From Acidimicrobiales bacterium (GTDB lineage: Bacteria > Actinomycetota > Acidimicrobiia > Acidimicrobiales > Acidimicrobilacustridaceae): 64,000 bases of DNA. Shown piece by piece: positions 24,316 to 35,075 of the stretch (positions within the stretch are counted from its first letter, which is position 1; the number at the start of each line of letters is the position of its first letter). The stretch covers positions 20,851 through 84,850 of the forward strand of contig JASJMB010000042.1 of assembly GCA_037620085.1 (NCBI GenBank). Direction: 5' to 3'. The notes beneath the pieces are model-generated. The model had not been told where the DNA came from, made no database searches, and saw only the letters and a list, made by a program, of their open reading frames with translations. A program made the translations under genes and the position numbers.

Positions 24316-26343
24316 ATGACAACTGCGCCGTTCGGTTCGTGGTCCTCGCCGATCACCGCTGATCTCATCGTTTCCAAATCCGTCTCTATCGGCGAGGTCT
24401 TCGTCGGCGGCAACGATGTCTGGTGGAGCGAAGCTCGACCCGAAGAGGGTGGACGGGTGCAGTTGGTTCGCCATCATCCCGGTGGCGGAGCCGTTGATGT
24501 CTTGCCCGAGGGGTTCGGTGCGCGTACTCGAGTGCACGAATACGGCGGCGGGGCATGGTGGTTGCATGGTTCCGACGTTGTGTTTGTGAACTGGGCCGAC
24601 CAACGTTTGTATCGATTGGCAGCGGGAACCTCCATGCCAACAGCACTTACTCCTGAACCCGGCGAACGTCACGGCGACCGTTATGCCGATGGCCGATTCA
24701 CGGCCGATGGACGTTGGGTGGTGTGCGTACGCGAGCGCCATGCGAGCGCTGACGCCGAACCAGTCAACGAAATCGTTGCGGTGCGCGTCCATCCCCACAG
24801 TGAACTCTCTGAACCAGTCGTGCTTGTTTCCGGTTCGGACTTTGTTGCTGCGCCCCGAGTCAATCCTTCCGGCAACGTGCTCACGTGGTTCCGTTGGAAT
24901 CACCCCGATATGCCGTGGGATGGCACCGAACTTTGCGTCGCCTCGATGTACGACGATCAGTCGGACGATGGACAGATCGTTGTTGGCGACACTCGTGTTG
25001 TTGCCGGTGGCCGCGATGAATCCATTACGCAGCCCGAGTGGGCGCCCGATGGTTCGTTGCTTTTTATTTCTGACCGCACCGATTGGTGGAACCTCTACCG
25101 AGTCTCGGCTAACGCGGTTCATGAACTTGTCGCCAATGGTGTTGCCGCTGAGGCAACGCCGATTGCGCCAGTCGATGCGGAAATCGGTGTGCCGCATTGG
25201 GTGTTTGATAATTCGCGCTACGCAGTCCTTGCCGATGGGCGGATTCTTGCCGCCTTCTTCAAGTTAGGCATCGATCATTTAGGTGTCATTCCCGCCGGCG
25301 GTGGAGCGATGGTTCCGCTTGAGTCGCCGTTCACTGCTCTTTCATCGGTGCGAGCATTTGGTTACGGGGCTGTCGTTATTGGAGCGTCGCCGACCTCCGA
25401 AGCCGTCGTCGCCGTACTCGATATTCCATCGAAGCCCGATATCGATGGTTCGACGACCGTTCTTTCGGCACCGTTGCGGCCCTCACGCGACTTGGGCATC
25501 GGCGCCGAGTGGTTCTCGACGCCTGAATCGATCACGTTCGCAACATCTGGTGATCGGTTCGCTCATGGCCTCTACTACCCACCAACAAACCCAGACTTCA
25601 CAGCGCCCGACGACGAGCGAGCGCCGCTCATTGTGCTGAGTCACGGTGGGCCCACGTCGGCTGCTCGTCCGCAACTGAACCTTGGTGTGCAGTTCTGGAC
25701 GTCACGCGGCTTCGGTGTTGTCGATGTCAACTACGGCGGCTCGACTGGCTACGGCCGTTCCTATCGTCGACGTCTTATTGGCGAGTGGGGGATTGTTGAT
25801 GTCGACGATTCCATCGCCGCAACGCGCCTTCTCATCGATCGCGGTGACGCTGATCGTGATCGACTCATTATTCGCGGTGGAAGTGCTGGCGGTTTCACCA
25901 CGTTGAGCGCACTTACGTTCCGCGACGTTTTCGCTGCTGGCTGCAGTCTCTACGGCGTGGCCGATCTCGAAGCCTTGGCCCGTGATACGCACAAGTTCGA
26001 AGCCCGCTATCTCGACTCACTCGTCGGACCATGGCCCGCTCGTAGTGATATCTACGCCGAGCGTTCACCGATCCACCATGTTGAAGATCTCGAATGTCCG
26101 CTGATCGTTCTGCAGGGACTCGAAGACGAGATCGTTCCGCCGAACCAATCGCAGATGATTGTTGAAGCGCTCGATGCCAACGGTGTGCCGTGGGCCTATC
26201 TCGAATTCGAAGGCGAACAGCACGGTTTCCGTCAGGCCGCCACGATCAAACGAGCCCTCGAAGCCGAGGCGTATTTCTACAGCAAGGTGCTTGGCTTCGA
26301 TCTTGCTGACGATGTGAAACCCATCGACATCGCTCATCTCTGA
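24316..26343 (+). CDS. S9 family prolyl oligopeptidase / acylaminoacyl peptidase
   Basis: TAPFGSW, RVHEYGGG, HGGPT, GGSAGG nucleophile, DEIVPP, EQHGF. Confidence 0.93.
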   Translation: MTTAPFGSWSSPITADLIVSKSVSIGEVFVGGNDVWWSEARPEEGGRVQLVRHHPGGGAVDVLPEGFGARTRVHEYGGGAWWLHGSDVVFVNWADQRLYRLAAGTSMPTALTPEPGERHGDRYADGRFTADGRWVVCVRERHASADAEPVNEIVAVRVHPHSELSEPVVLVSGSDFVAAPRVNPSGNVLTWFRWNHPDMPWDGTELCVASMYDDQSDDGQIVVGDTRVVAGGRDESITQPEWAPDGSLLFISDRTDWWNLYRVSANAVHELVANGVAAEATPIAPVDAEIGVPHWVFDNSRYAVLADGRILAAFFKLGIDHLGVIPAGGGAMVPLESPFTALSSVRAFGYGAVVIGASPTSEAVVAVLDIPSKPDIDGSTTVLSAPLRPSRDLGIGAEWFSTPESITFATSGDRFAHGLYYPPTNPDFTAPDDERAPLIVLSHGGPTSAARPQLNLGVQFWTSRGFGVVDVNYGGSTGYGRSYRRRLIGEWGIVDVDDSIAATRLLIDRGDADRDRLIIRGGSAGGFTTLSALTFRDVFAAGCSLYGVADLEALARDTHKFEARYLDSLVGPWPARSDIYAERSPIHHVEDLECPLIVLQGLEDEIVPPNQSQMIVEALDANGVPWAYLEFEGEQHGFRQAATIKRALEAEAYFYSKVLGFDLADDVKPIDIAHL

Positions 26344-26396
26344 CTTCCCCCGCAACCGGGTTGGCGACTCGCCGTTGCGCCCGTAAGGATGGACAT

Positions 26397-27953
26397 ATGG
26401 CACGGATCCTTGTAACTGAAACCATCGCTGACGGCGGCCTCGACCGCCTTCGCGCTGCTGGCCACACCGTCGATGTGCAGGAGGGCCTGAGCCCCGAGCA
26501 ACTCGTCGAGGCCATCAAGGGAGCCCACGCGCTCATCATTCGTTCCGCCACTGATGTCACCGCCGAGGTTCTGGCTGCTGGAACCGACCTGATCGTGGTT
26601 GGTCGTGCTGGTATCGGTCTCGACAATGTCGACACTGCGGCCGCCACCGAACGCGGTGTCATGGTTGTGAACGCGCCTCAGTCCAACATTCTGTCCGCTG
26701 CCGAACACACCATGGCGCTGTTGTTGTCGATGGCTCGAAATGTTCCTCAGGCTCATGCAGCGCTTGTTGCTGGCCGCTGGGAACGCAGTCGCTGGACCGG
26801 CATTGAACTTTCCGACAAGACACTTGGTGTTGTCGGACTCGGTCGTATCGGCAAACTCGTCGCCCAGCGGGCGATGGCCTTCGGCATGAAGATCGTCGCT
26901 TACGACCCCTTCGTGTCTCCCGAGATGGCGCGCAAGATGAACATCGACATTGTCGATCTCGACACGTTGCTCGCTGTCTCTGATTTCGTCACGCTGCATG
27001 TGGCCAAGACGCCCGAAACCGTTGGCCTCATCAACTCCGAGCGTTTAGCCAAAGCCAAGAAGGGCATTCGCATCGTGAATGTCGCTCGTGGCGGCATCAT
27101 CGTTGAAAGCGATCTGGCTGACGCGATTCGTTCTGGTCATGTTGGTGGTGCGGCCATCGACGTGTTCGAGAAAGAACCCACCACCGAATCTCCGTTGTTC
27201 GAACTTCCCGAGGTCGTTGTCACCCCGCATCTCGGTGCTAGCACTCACGAAGCCCAGGACAAAGCCGGCGACACCATCGCCGAAATGGTTGGGCTCGCGC
27301 TTGCCGGTGAATTCGTTCCGTTTGCGGTGAATGTGAATGCATCTGAAGCCAGCGAAACCGTTCGTCCGTTCCTCTCACTTGCTGAACGACTCGGTGCAAC
27401 CTTCGGCGGACTCGCCACTGGTGTTGAGTCGCTCGAGATTTCCTATGAAGGCGAAATCGGTGGCTACGACACCCGCATCCTGACGTTGTCGTTGCTCAAG
27501 GGTTTCTTTGGCCGGATTAGCGATGATCCGGTGTCATATGTGAACGCGCCGAAGATGGCCGAAGAGCGCGGCATCACCGTTACCGAAACCACAACGACCA
27601 CGGCGCATAACTTCGTGAACCTCATCACCATTCGTGGTGGCGCTCATTCACTGGCCGGCACCCTCATGGGTCTCGATGGCGAAGCTCGCCTTGTGATGGT
27701 GGACGATCACCGCGTTGATGTTCCGCCGGCCAATCACATGCTCGTTGTTCGTAACGATGACCGCCCCGGAATGATCGGTCTCGTCGGCACCATCGTTGGC
27801 GAAGCTGGCCTCAACATTGCCGATATGGACGTGGGCCAGGCCCCCAATGGCGCCTCGGCGATGATGGTGCTGTCCATCACCGGTGCGGTGCCGGCCGAGG
27901 TATGCGAGCGCCTTCGTGCCATTGATGGCGTCGTTTCCGTCGACGCCATCTGA
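26397..27953 (+). CDS. serA: D-3-phosphoglycerate dehydrogenase
   Basis: GRAGIGLDNVD, GLGRIG, NVARGG, TPHLGAST, C-terminal ACT domain (DRPGMIG). Confidence 0.97.
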   Translation: MARILVTETIADGGLDRLRAAGHTVDVQEGLSPEQLVEAIKGAHALIIRSATDVTAEVLAAGTDLIVVGRAGIGLDNVDTAAATERGVMVVNAPQSNILSAAEHTMALLLSMARNVPQAHAALVAGRWERSRWTGIELSDKTLGVVGLGRIGKLVAQRAMAFGMKIVAYDPFVSPEMARKMNIDIVDLDTLLAVSDFVTLHVAKTPETVGLINSERLAKAKKGIRIVNVARGGIIVESDLADAIRSGHVGGAAIDVFEKEPTTESPLFELPEVVVTPHLGASTHEAQDKAGDTIAEMVGLALAGEFVPFAVNVNASEASETVRPFLSLAERLGATFGGLATGVESLEISYEGEIGGYDTRILTLSLLKGFFGRISDDPVSYVNAPKMAEERGITVTETTTTTAHNFVNLITIRGGAHSLAGTLMGLDGEARLVMVDDHRVDVPPANHMLVVRNDDRPGMIGLVGTIVGEAGLNIADMDVGQAPNGASAMMVLSITGAVPAEVCERLRAIDGVVSVDAI

Positions 27954-28030
27954 GGCCCGCGCCCCCTTTGGGGTAGCGGGGGGAATGTCCCATGGTTGCT
28001 TTCGCCATAGGAACCCGGCAGACTCTCGGT

Positions 28031-28066
28031 ATGCGTTCTATTGCTTTGGAGCTTCTACTTCGTTAG
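28031..28066 (+). CDS. leuA leader peptide MRSIALELLLR
   Basis: ATG CGT TCT ATT GCT TTG GAG CTT CTA CTT CGT TAG; four Leu codons including rare CTA/TTG. Confidence 0.82.
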   Translation: MRSIALELLLR

Positions 28067-28124
28067 GCGGGTGCCACATATGGCGCCTGCCAACCTCCTG
28101 CGCCCTCGGGCCGGGAGGTTTTTT
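28066..28124 (+). promoter_or_regulatory. leuA transcription attenuator (hairpin plus terminator)
   Basis: GGCGGGTGCCA-cata-TGGCGCCTGCC 28066-91; AACCTCC...GGAGGTT 28092-28120 with T6 tract. Confidence 0.82.
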
Positions 28125-28186
28125 CGTTCTCCGGCCAGTTTCCGTTTGTTCCCTGAACTACACCACATGCCCCGAAAGGCACCGTT

Positions 28187-29767
28187 ATGAGCACCACCGA
28201 TACCACCGCAGCAACTGACAGGGTCATCATTTTCGACACGACCCTTCGTGACGGCGAACAGTCGCCAGGAATCTCGCTTGATCAGGGCGAGAAGGTTGAG
28301 ATCGCGGAGCAGCTCGCTCGTCTCGGTGTCGATGTCATCGAGGCCGGTTTCCCGATCGCCAGCCAAGGCGATTTCGAATCTGTACAGGCCATCGCCAAGT
28401 CTGTGCGTGGCCCAGTGATTTGCGGTTTGTCTCGCACCGCGCTTGGTGACGTCGATCGGTGCTGGGAAGCAATCGAATCGGCGGAGCACCCTCGTATTCA
28501 CGTCTTCATTGCCACAAGCGAAACTCATATGAAGCACAAACTGCGCATGACGCCTGATCAGGTGAAGGCCGAGGCTGCATCCGGCGTTGCGCGCGCTCGT
28601 TCCTACACCGAGGATGTCGAATTTTCCCCGGAAGATGCCTCACGTTCCGATTTCGACTTCATGTGCGAGGTTCTGCAAATTGCTGTCGACAACGGCGCGA
28701 CCACGTTGAACATTCCCGACACTGTGGGCTTCGCAGTTCCGCAGGAATACGCCGAGCGTTTGGCCAACGTCCGCAACTTCGTCAAGGGTGACTACGTCAT
28801 CTCCACTCATTGCCATAACGATCTGGGCATGGCCGTTGCCAATTCGTTGGCGGCAGTGCAGTTAGGCGCTCGTCAGGTTGAATGCGCAGTGAATGGTTTG
28901 GGCGAGCGTGCTGGTAATGCAGCGCTCGAAGAGATTGTGATGGCGCTGCGCACTCGTTCCGATTACTTCGGCGGCATTGACACCGGCATCAAGTCAGAGG
29001 AGTTGGCTCGCACGTCGCGGCTGGTCAGCCGCCTGACCGGTTACCCGGTGCAGTACAACAAGGCTGTCGTTGGTCGTAATGCGTTTGCGCACGAATCCGG
29101 CATTCATCAGCACGGCGTTCTGAACGAGCGCACCACGTACGAGATCATGGACCCAGCCGCCGTTGGTCAGGGCGAATCGAAGATCGTTCTGGGCAAGCAC
29201 TCAGGCCGTCACGCGTTCGCCGACACACTGAAGAAGATGGGTTACGACCTGCACGGCGATGCGCTGAACCAGGTGTTCACCCGCTTCAAGGAATTGGCCG
29301 ACCGTAAGGTCGAACTGAGCGATGCCGACCTCGAAGCATTGGTCGCCGAGGAAACAGGCGACACCGTTCGCTACGCCTTCTCACTCATCTCGCTCGATAG
29401 CCACGGTGGTTCGAGTTCGACACCGACAGCAACGATCGTGCTCGATCACGACGGCACCAAGATCGAAGCGACCGCTGAAGGTTCGGGCATGGTCGATGCT
29501 GCGTGTGCCGCGATCCACAAAGCGACTGGCATTGCCGGCACCCTCACCGACTACGCCGTCACCTCAGTAACCGGCGGTGTCGATGCATTGGCCGACGTTG
29601 CCCTGCGCTTCGAGGTCGATGGTGTTTCGATGCCAGGTCGTGGCCTGTCCACCGATGTGGTCGAAGCTTCAGCCCGAGCACTACTCAATGCACTGAACCG
29701 CATCGTGCGGGTCCGGGACACTGGCGAAGACCCGACCGCAGTTTCGCGACCGGGCTCGCTCAGTTAG
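28187..29767 (+). CDS. leuA: 2-isopropylmalate synthase (E. coli/Bacillus type)
   Basis: IFDTTLRDGEQSPG, HCHNDLG, GERAGN, AFAHESGIHQ, LGKHSGRHA, regulatory domain. Confidence 0.96.
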   Translation: MSTTDTTAATDRVIIFDTTLRDGEQSPGISLDQGEKVEIAEQLARLGVDVIEAGFPIASQGDFESVQAIAKSVRGPVICGLSRTALGDVDRCWEAIESAEHPRIHVFIATSETHMKHKLRMTPDQVKAEAASGVARARSYTEDVEFSPEDASRSDFDFMCEVLQIAVDNGATTLNIPDTVGFAVPQEYAERLANVRNFVKGDYVISTHCHNDLGMAVANSLAAVQLGARQVECAVNGLGERAGNAALEEIVMALRTRSDYFGGIDTGIKSEELARTSRLVSRLTGYPVQYNKAVVGRNAFAHESGIHQHGVLNERTTYEIMDPAAVGQGESKIVLGKHSGRHAFADTLKKMGYDLHGDALNQVFTRFKELADRKVELSDADLEALVAEETGDTVRYAFSLISLDSHGGSSSTPTATIVLDHDGTKIEATAEGSGMVDAACAAIHKATGIAGTLTDYAVTSVTGGVDALADVALRFEVDGVSMPGRGLSTDVVEASARALLNALNRIVRVRDTGEDPTAVSRPGSLS

Positions 29768-29768
29768 T

Positions 29769-30365
29769 TCATCGATTCGTTGCCGGCATCCACGCCGGGC
29801 GAGTGGCTTCAAAGGCTGCGATGGCATCGACGTGCTGAAGTGTGATGGCGATGTCGTCGAGACCATTGAGGAATCGTTCCTGGGTCGAATTATCGAGCGG
29901 AAACTCCAGGTCGATGTCGAGCGAAGCAACGACAACGCGCTTGGTGGCGATGTCGATGGTGATCTCAACGGTCGGGTCGGCTTCAACGGCACGCAGGATG
30001 CGCTCGCTCACGTCGGCGGGAAGCACAACGGGCACCAGACCGTTCTTTGCTGAGTTGTTACGGAAGATGTCGCCGAAGCGGGGAGCGATGACAGCCTTGA
30101 AGCCGTAATCCATGATCGACCAGACTGCATGCTCGCGAGATGAACCCACACCGAAGTTGGCGCCGGCGACAAGAATGTTTGCCTCGCCGAACTGCGGAAG
30201 GTTCATGACGAACTCGGGATCTTCACGCCACTCTGAGAAGAGTCCCTGGCCAAAGCCGGTGCGCTCAACCCGCTTGAGCCAATCGCTGGGGATGATCTGA
30301 TCGGTATCGACGTCGGAACGGTCGAGCGGAAGTGCGGTTCCGGTGATGGTGATAACTGGTTCCAT
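29769..30365 (-). CDS. leuD: 3-isopropylmalate dehydratase small subunit
   Basis: DVDTDQIIP, NFGVGSSREHA, FGDIFRNN, GLDDI. Confidence 0.97.
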   Translation of the reverse strand: MEPVITITGTALPLDRSDVDTDQIIPSDWLKRVERTGFGQGLFSEWREDPEFVMNLPQFGEANILVAGANFGVGSSREHAVWSIMDYGFKAVIAPRFGDIFRNNSAKNGLVPVVLPADVSERILRAVEADPTVEITIDIATKRVVVASLDIDLEFPLDNSTQERFLNGLDDIAITLQHVDAIAAFEATRPAWMPATNR

Positions 30366-30381
30366 GGTGTGCTCAGTTCTC

Positions 30382-31785
30382 TCAGGCCAGATCGCGAGGA
30401 TCGGCAAAGGTTCCGGCAATTGCAGTTGCAGCAGCGACAGCGGGGGAGACGAGATGAGTACGACCACCCTTGCCCTGTCGTCCTTCAAAGTTGCGATTCG
30501 AGGTTGATGCCGAACGCTCACCCGGTGCCAACTTGTCGGGGTTCATCGCGAGACACATGGAACAACCCGGTTCACGCCAATCGAATCCGGCAGCGGTGAA
30601 AATCTTGTCGAGGCCCTCGGCTTCAGCTTGACCCTTCACCATGAACGAACCCGGAACGACCATGGCGCGCACACCGGCCGCAACCTGACGACCTTCGGCA
30701 ACCGCCGCTGCCGCACGAAGATCCTCGATGCGACTGTTGGTGCACGAACCGATGAACACGGTCTGCACGGGAATGTCTTTGATCGGCATGCCAGCGGTGA
30801 GTCCCATGTACTCAAGGGCACGAGATGCAGCATCGCGTTCTCCGGAATCGGCGAACGACGCCGGATCGGGCACATTGCTATCGAGCTCGATGACCTGACC
30901 AGGATTGGTTCCCCATGAAACGAAGGGACGAAGTTTCGTGGCGTCGATGTCGACGACTTTGTCGAACACTGCACCGTCATCGGTGGGGAGTGTGCGCCAA
31001 TATGCAACTGCAGCGTCCCAATCGGCACCAGTCGGGGCGTACTTGCGACCTTTGAGGTAGTCGAAGGTGATTTCGTCTGGGGCGATGAGGCCGGCCTTTG
31101 CGCCTGCTTCGATCGACATGTTGCAGACCGTCATACGGCCTTCCATCGACAACGAGCGGATTGCTTCGCCGCGGTATTCGATGACGGAACCGATGCCGCC
31201 GCCTGTACCGATGCGGCCGATGATGGCGAGTACGAGGTCCTTGGCGGTAACGCCGTCGGGAAGTGCGCCGTTTACGTTCACTGCCATGGTTGAAGCCGGA
31301 TGCTGGGGGAGCGTCTGGGTAGCCATGACATGTTCAACTTCGCTTGTGCCAATGCCGAAGGCCAGAGCGCCGAACGCGCCGTGCGTGGCGGTGTGGCTGT
31401 CGCCGCACACGATGGTCATGCCGGGCATGGTCAGACCTTGTTCCGGTCCGATCACATGCACGATGCCTTGACCGGGAGTACCCATGGCGTGTTCGACAAT
31501 GCCGAACTCGGCAGTGTTGGCCCGCAACACGTCGACCTGCTTGCGCGAGATCGGATCGGCGATGGGTTTGTCGATGTCGGAAGTGGGGACGTTGTGGTCC
31601 TCGGTGGCGACGGTGAGTTCAGGTCGCCGAACCGTCCGGTCGTGGATGCGCAAACCATCAAACGCTTGCGGTGAGGTCACTTCGTGCACGAGGTGAAGGT
31701 CGATGTAGAGCACGTCGGGCTCGCCATCGGAGCGATGTACGACGTGATCGTCCCAAAGTTTTTGCGACAGGGTTCTCGGGGCCAT
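30382..31785 (-). CDS. leuC: 3-isopropylmalate dehydratase large subunit
   Basis: [44 protein letters not shown]. Confidence 0.98.
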   Translation of the reverse strand: MAPRTLSQKLWDDHVVHRSDGEPDVLYIDLHLVHEVTSPQAFDGLRIHDRTVRRPELTVATEDHNVPTSDIDKPIADPISRKQVDVLRANTAEFGIVEHAMGTPGQGIVHVIGPEQGLTMPGMTIVCGDSHTATHGAFGALAFGIGTSEVEHVMATQTLPQHPASTMAVNVNGALPDGVTAKDLVLAIIGRIGTGGGIGSVIEYRGEAIRSLSMEGRMTVCNMSIEAGAKAGLIAPDEITFDYLKGRKYAPTGADWDAAVAYWRTLPTDDGAVFDKVVDIDATKLRPFVSWGTNPGQVIELDSNVPDPASFADSGERDAASRALEYMGLTAGMPIKDIPVQTVFIGSCTNSRIEDLRAAAAVAEGRQVAAGVRAMVVPGSFMVKGQAEAEGLDKIFTAAGFDWREPGCSMCLAMNPDKLAPGERSASTSNRNFEGRQGKGGRTHLVSPAVAAATAIAGTFADPRDLA

Positions 31786-31850
31786 GTTCTGCTCCTGTTC
31801 GGGAGGTTGGCCGGGACTGACGATGACGTGAGTTCCGGACGGCGCCGTTT

Positions 31851-31871
31851 GCGTCTCACATAATGGGACGC
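31851..31871. promoter_or_regulatory. Putative IclR (NdgR/LtbR-type) operator between leuC and the regulator
   Basis: GCGTCTCACATAATGGGACGC imperfect palindrome abutting the TAATCT -10 of the IclR gene. Confidence 0.7.
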
Positions 31872-31883
31872 TAATCTTGCTCC

Positions 31884-32552
31884 GTGGGAAACACTATAGG
31901 TGGTGTGGGTGTTCTAGACAAGGCGGTTGATGTTCTCGACGCCCTCGAACTCCGTTCGTTGTCGCTGTCGGAACTCGTTGTGGTGACGGGACTGCCTCGG
32001 GCCACCGCTCATCGTCTTGCGACGGCGCTTGAACGCCATGGTCTTGTTCGGCGCGACGCCGATGGTCGATTCATGCTCGGGACCCGTTTGCTTTCTCTGG
32101 GGCAGGCGGCGGCTGACGCATGGCCCCTCGCGACTGCGGCGGCATCTGCCCTTGCGATTCTGCGAGATGAAACTGCTGAAAGCGTGCAGTTGTTCGTTCG
32201 CGACGGCGAGGATCGGGTATGTATCGCTGCTCTGCAGTCGCTGCATGGATTGCGCACGATCGTGCCTCTTGGTGCCCGACTTCCACTTTCGGCAGGATCA
32301 GCGGCTCGTGTCTTGACGAGCGCAGATCAAACGGCGGGCGGGTGGATCGAGAGCGTGGGCGAGCGCGAGGCCGGCGTGGCGTCTGTTTCCGCTCCAGTTC
32401 GAGATGCATCAGGCCGAGTGGTCGCTGCGGTGAGTGTGTCGGGGCCGATTGAGAGAACTTCTCGACAGCCAGGTAAGCGGTACGGTTCCTTTGTGGTTCA
32501 TGCAGCAAGAGAGATCGAATCAGAAGCTGGTTTGCGGGGCGCCGACTCGTGA
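31884..32552 (+). CDS. IclR-family regulator (NdgR/LtbR/Rv2989-like)
   Basis: [37 protein letters not shown]; divergent from leuCD. Confidence 0.93.
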   Translation: MGNTIGGVGVLDKAVDVLDALELRSLSLSELVVVTGLPRATAHRLATALERHGLVRRDADGRFMLGTRLLSLGQAAADAWPLATAAASALAILRDETAESVQLFVRDGEDRVCIAALQSLHGLRTIVPLGARLPLSAGSAARVLTSADQTAGGWIESVGEREAGVASVSAPVRDASGRVVAAVSVSGPIERTSRQPGKRYGSFVVHAAREIESEAGLRGADS

Positions 32553-34120
32553 CCGAAAGGCCACTCGCAGCCATCGATATCGGTACCAACTCGTTCCACA
32601 TGGTCGTCGCACGAGTGGGCGAGGTTTCTGTCGCGGGCGAGTTCATCGGTCCTGCCTTCGAAGTGATCGCTCGAGAGAAAGAAATGGTTCGCCTGGGCTC
32701 GAGCTCAGGTGACATGAAGGAACTTTCTGAGGACGCAATAGAGCGCGGTGTCTCAGCGCTTCGACGTCTGGTCAAGATCGCTGCCATTCACGACGCCGAT
32801 GTCGTGGCCGTAGCGACGAGCGCGGTTCGGGAAGCTGAGAATGCTGCCGTTTTCATCGAACGATCGCTCAATGAAGCAGGGGTTGTTGTCGACGTCATTG
32901 CTGGCGTGGAAGAGGCGCGGCTCATCCACATTGGAGTTCTGCAAGCGGTGCCGGTGTACGACCACCGTCTTGTAGTGATTGATTTTGGTGGCGGCAGTAC
33001 CGAGATCCTTGTAGGTGAGCAGGGAGAGACTCTTGTTGCCGGAAGTTTGAAACTTGGCGCAATTCGGTTGACGCGCCGGTTCTTCCGCGGAGAACGACTT
33101 CATCCCGGTGCAGTGGAATCTTGCCGCCGTCATGTCCGTTCGCTGCTTTCGCCGATGGTGCGCGAAGTCGAGCGCTTCGGTTTTGGGGTTGCCATTGCAT
33201 CATCGGGAACAGCGGAAACAGTTGCGTCGCTCGTGAATGCTCAGCGAGGTCACGCTGTTCCTCGAACATTTAATAACTTCACGATGAGCCGCGACGAGAT
33301 CAAGGCCGCCGTGCGAGCTCTTATTGCTGCGACTTCTGTCGAGGAGCGCAATGCGCTTGCCGGAATGGACCCCAGTAGGGCGGACATCATCTTGGCGGGA
33401 GCGATCATCCTCGAGCAGGCGGTGGAGGAACTCGGGATCGATGAGATCATCATCTCGGGTAACGCGCTCCGGGAAGGCGTGCTTCTCGACGCGCTGTCGA
33501 GGCGCCGAGGCGCCACGTTGCATCATCTTCGGGATTTGCGTCGCCGGAGCGTTCTGCACCTCGCCGAATCCATGGATGACGATATTGTCCATTCGATTCG
33601 TGCGGCTGGCTTCGCCCTTGACCTCTTCGATGCAACAGCATCGCTGCATGGCCTCGGAGACGATTCGCGGGAATTGCTCGAGGCAGGTGCCCTACTTGCC
33701 AACGTGGGTCTCTCTATCTCGCACTCCGAGCATCACAAGCACAGCTATTACGTGATTCGTCATTCCGATTGTTTGGCCGGGTTCACCGACCACGAGATCG
33801 AATTGATCGCCCAGATCGCCCGTTATCACCGAAAGAGCGCCCCAAAGGCGAAGCACTCGGAGTTTGCGCGCTTGCGTTTGGAGGACCAAGACCGAGTTCG
33901 GATTCTCGCCGGCGTCCTCCGCGTGGGCATTGCTCTTGACCGTTCGCACAAGGGGCGAGTGGAACGAATTGCGGTTTCTCTAGGAAATGGCGAAGAGCCA
34001 GTTTCGATCCTTGTGAAGCATCTTGATGAGGTTGATGTTGATCTCGAGATTCAAACTGCTGAGGATCGCAAAGGATTACTTGAAGTCGTCCTTGATCGAC
34101 GCGTGACCTTTTCTTCGTAG
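32549..34120 (+). CDS. ppx: Ppx/GppA exopolyphosphatase with HD domain
   Basis: AAIDIGTNSFH, ATSAVRE, EEARL, DFGGGSTE, RADII, ALREG, HHKHSYY. Confidence 0.92.
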   Translation: MTERPLAAIDIGTNSFHMVVARVGEVSVAGEFIGPAFEVIAREKEMVRLGSSSGDMKELSEDAIERGVSALRRLVKIAAIHDADVVAVATSAVREAENAAVFIERSLNEAGVVVDVIAGVEEARLIHIGVLQAVPVYDHRLVVIDFGGGSTEILVGEQGETLVAGSLKLGAIRLTRRFFRGERLHPGAVESCRRHVRSLLSPMVREVERFGFGVAIASSGTAETVASLVNAQRGHAVPRTFNNFTMSRDEIKAAVRALIAATSVEERNALAGMDPSRADIILAGAIILEQAVEELGIDEIIISGNALREGVLLDALSRRRGATLHHLRDLRRRSVLHLAESMDDDIVHSIRAAGFALDLFDATASLHGLGDDSRELLEAGALLANVGLSISHSEHHKHSYYVIRHSDCLAGFTDHEIELIAQIARYHRKSAPKAKHSEFARLRLEDQDRVRILAGVLRVGIALDRSHKGRVERIAVSLGNGEEPVSILVKHLDEVDVDLEIQTAEDRKGLLEVVLDRRVTFSS

Positions 34121-34169
34121 ATCGAAGGAGTGTGCTCTCGCTTTTCTGATGAACGGTGTTCACCAGCAA

Positions 34170-35063
34170 TTAGGGAGTGGACGGCCCGATTGATTGGACT
34201 CGTGATGCAACGTCTTGGCACGCAACCATGAGGACGTCGGCGAATCGTTCAGGTCGCGTTGCGCAGATGTCATGGCGACCGTTGACTTCGAAAACGGTCG
34301 CGTTGGAGATCGTGTCCGCAAGTTGTCGTTGCCGATGCGGCGAGACCGTTTCATCGCGGGTGGTGAGAACGACAGCGGTAGGGACGTTGATCGAACTGAT
34401 CCAGTCGGTTGCATCGTACGAAGCGACTTCGTGTCCTGATTCGAGCATGGTCCGCAGATCATTAAGACGCGCTTGCTGGCGGGCCCAGTTACCTAGAGGT
34501 GTCGTGTCGTATTTGGAGACCAGCACGCGTTCCGAGACACGTCGGTTGACTGCTGGAGGTGCAAGTCGGGTAGCGAACGACAGGCCAGACACAACTCCGT
34601 TAAGAGCGCGTCCATTGCGTCGTTCGCTGAACCGCGCTGCTGTGGCGCACAGTACGAGACCTTCGACCATCTTGGGGTGTCGACGCCACAACAACTGAGC
34701 AACTGGACCTCCCATTGAATAGCCAACCGCAATTGCACGTTCAATGTTTAGCGATTCGAGAAGTGCAGCAGCATCATCGGCGCAGTCTTCGAGTCGAAAG
34801 CGACGGCGACTACGAATGCCGCGGCCGTGACCGCGATGGTCGAGAGCGACAACATTGAACTCGCGCTGAAGACCTTCATACGCAGCGAACCAGTTGAGGG
34901 CCGAGTTCGCTGTCCAGCCGTGAAGAAGGAGAAGCGTTGGAGCACCCTGTGGCCCGGGGGCCTCGCGTATCCATGTTGTTCCTCGACCCGGAAGCTCGAG
35001 TGCACGACCGTCAGGCAGGCCTGGCGTCAGAAACGGCGCGGAACCTGGGAGCGAGGGCGACAT
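34170..35063 (-). CDS. Alpha/beta-fold hydrolase
   Basis: LLHGWT, DHRGHG, GYSMGG nucleophile elbow, RDETV, GRHD. Confidence 0.92.
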   Translation of the reverse strand: MSPSLPGSAPFLTPGLPDGRALELPGRGTTWIREAPGPQGAPTLLLLHGWTANSALNWFAAYEGLQREFNVVALDHRGHGRGIRSRRRFRLEDCADDAAALLESLNIERAIAVGYSMGGPVAQLLWRRHPKMVEGLVLCATAARFSERRNGRALNGVVSGLSFATRLAPPAVNRRVSERVLVSKYDTTPLGNWARQQARLNDLRTMLESGHEVASYDATDWISSINVPTAVVLTTRDETVSPHRQRQLADTISNATVFEVNGRHDICATRPERFADVLMVACQDVASRVQSIGPSTP

Positions 35064-35075
35064 ATTTGATTCTCG

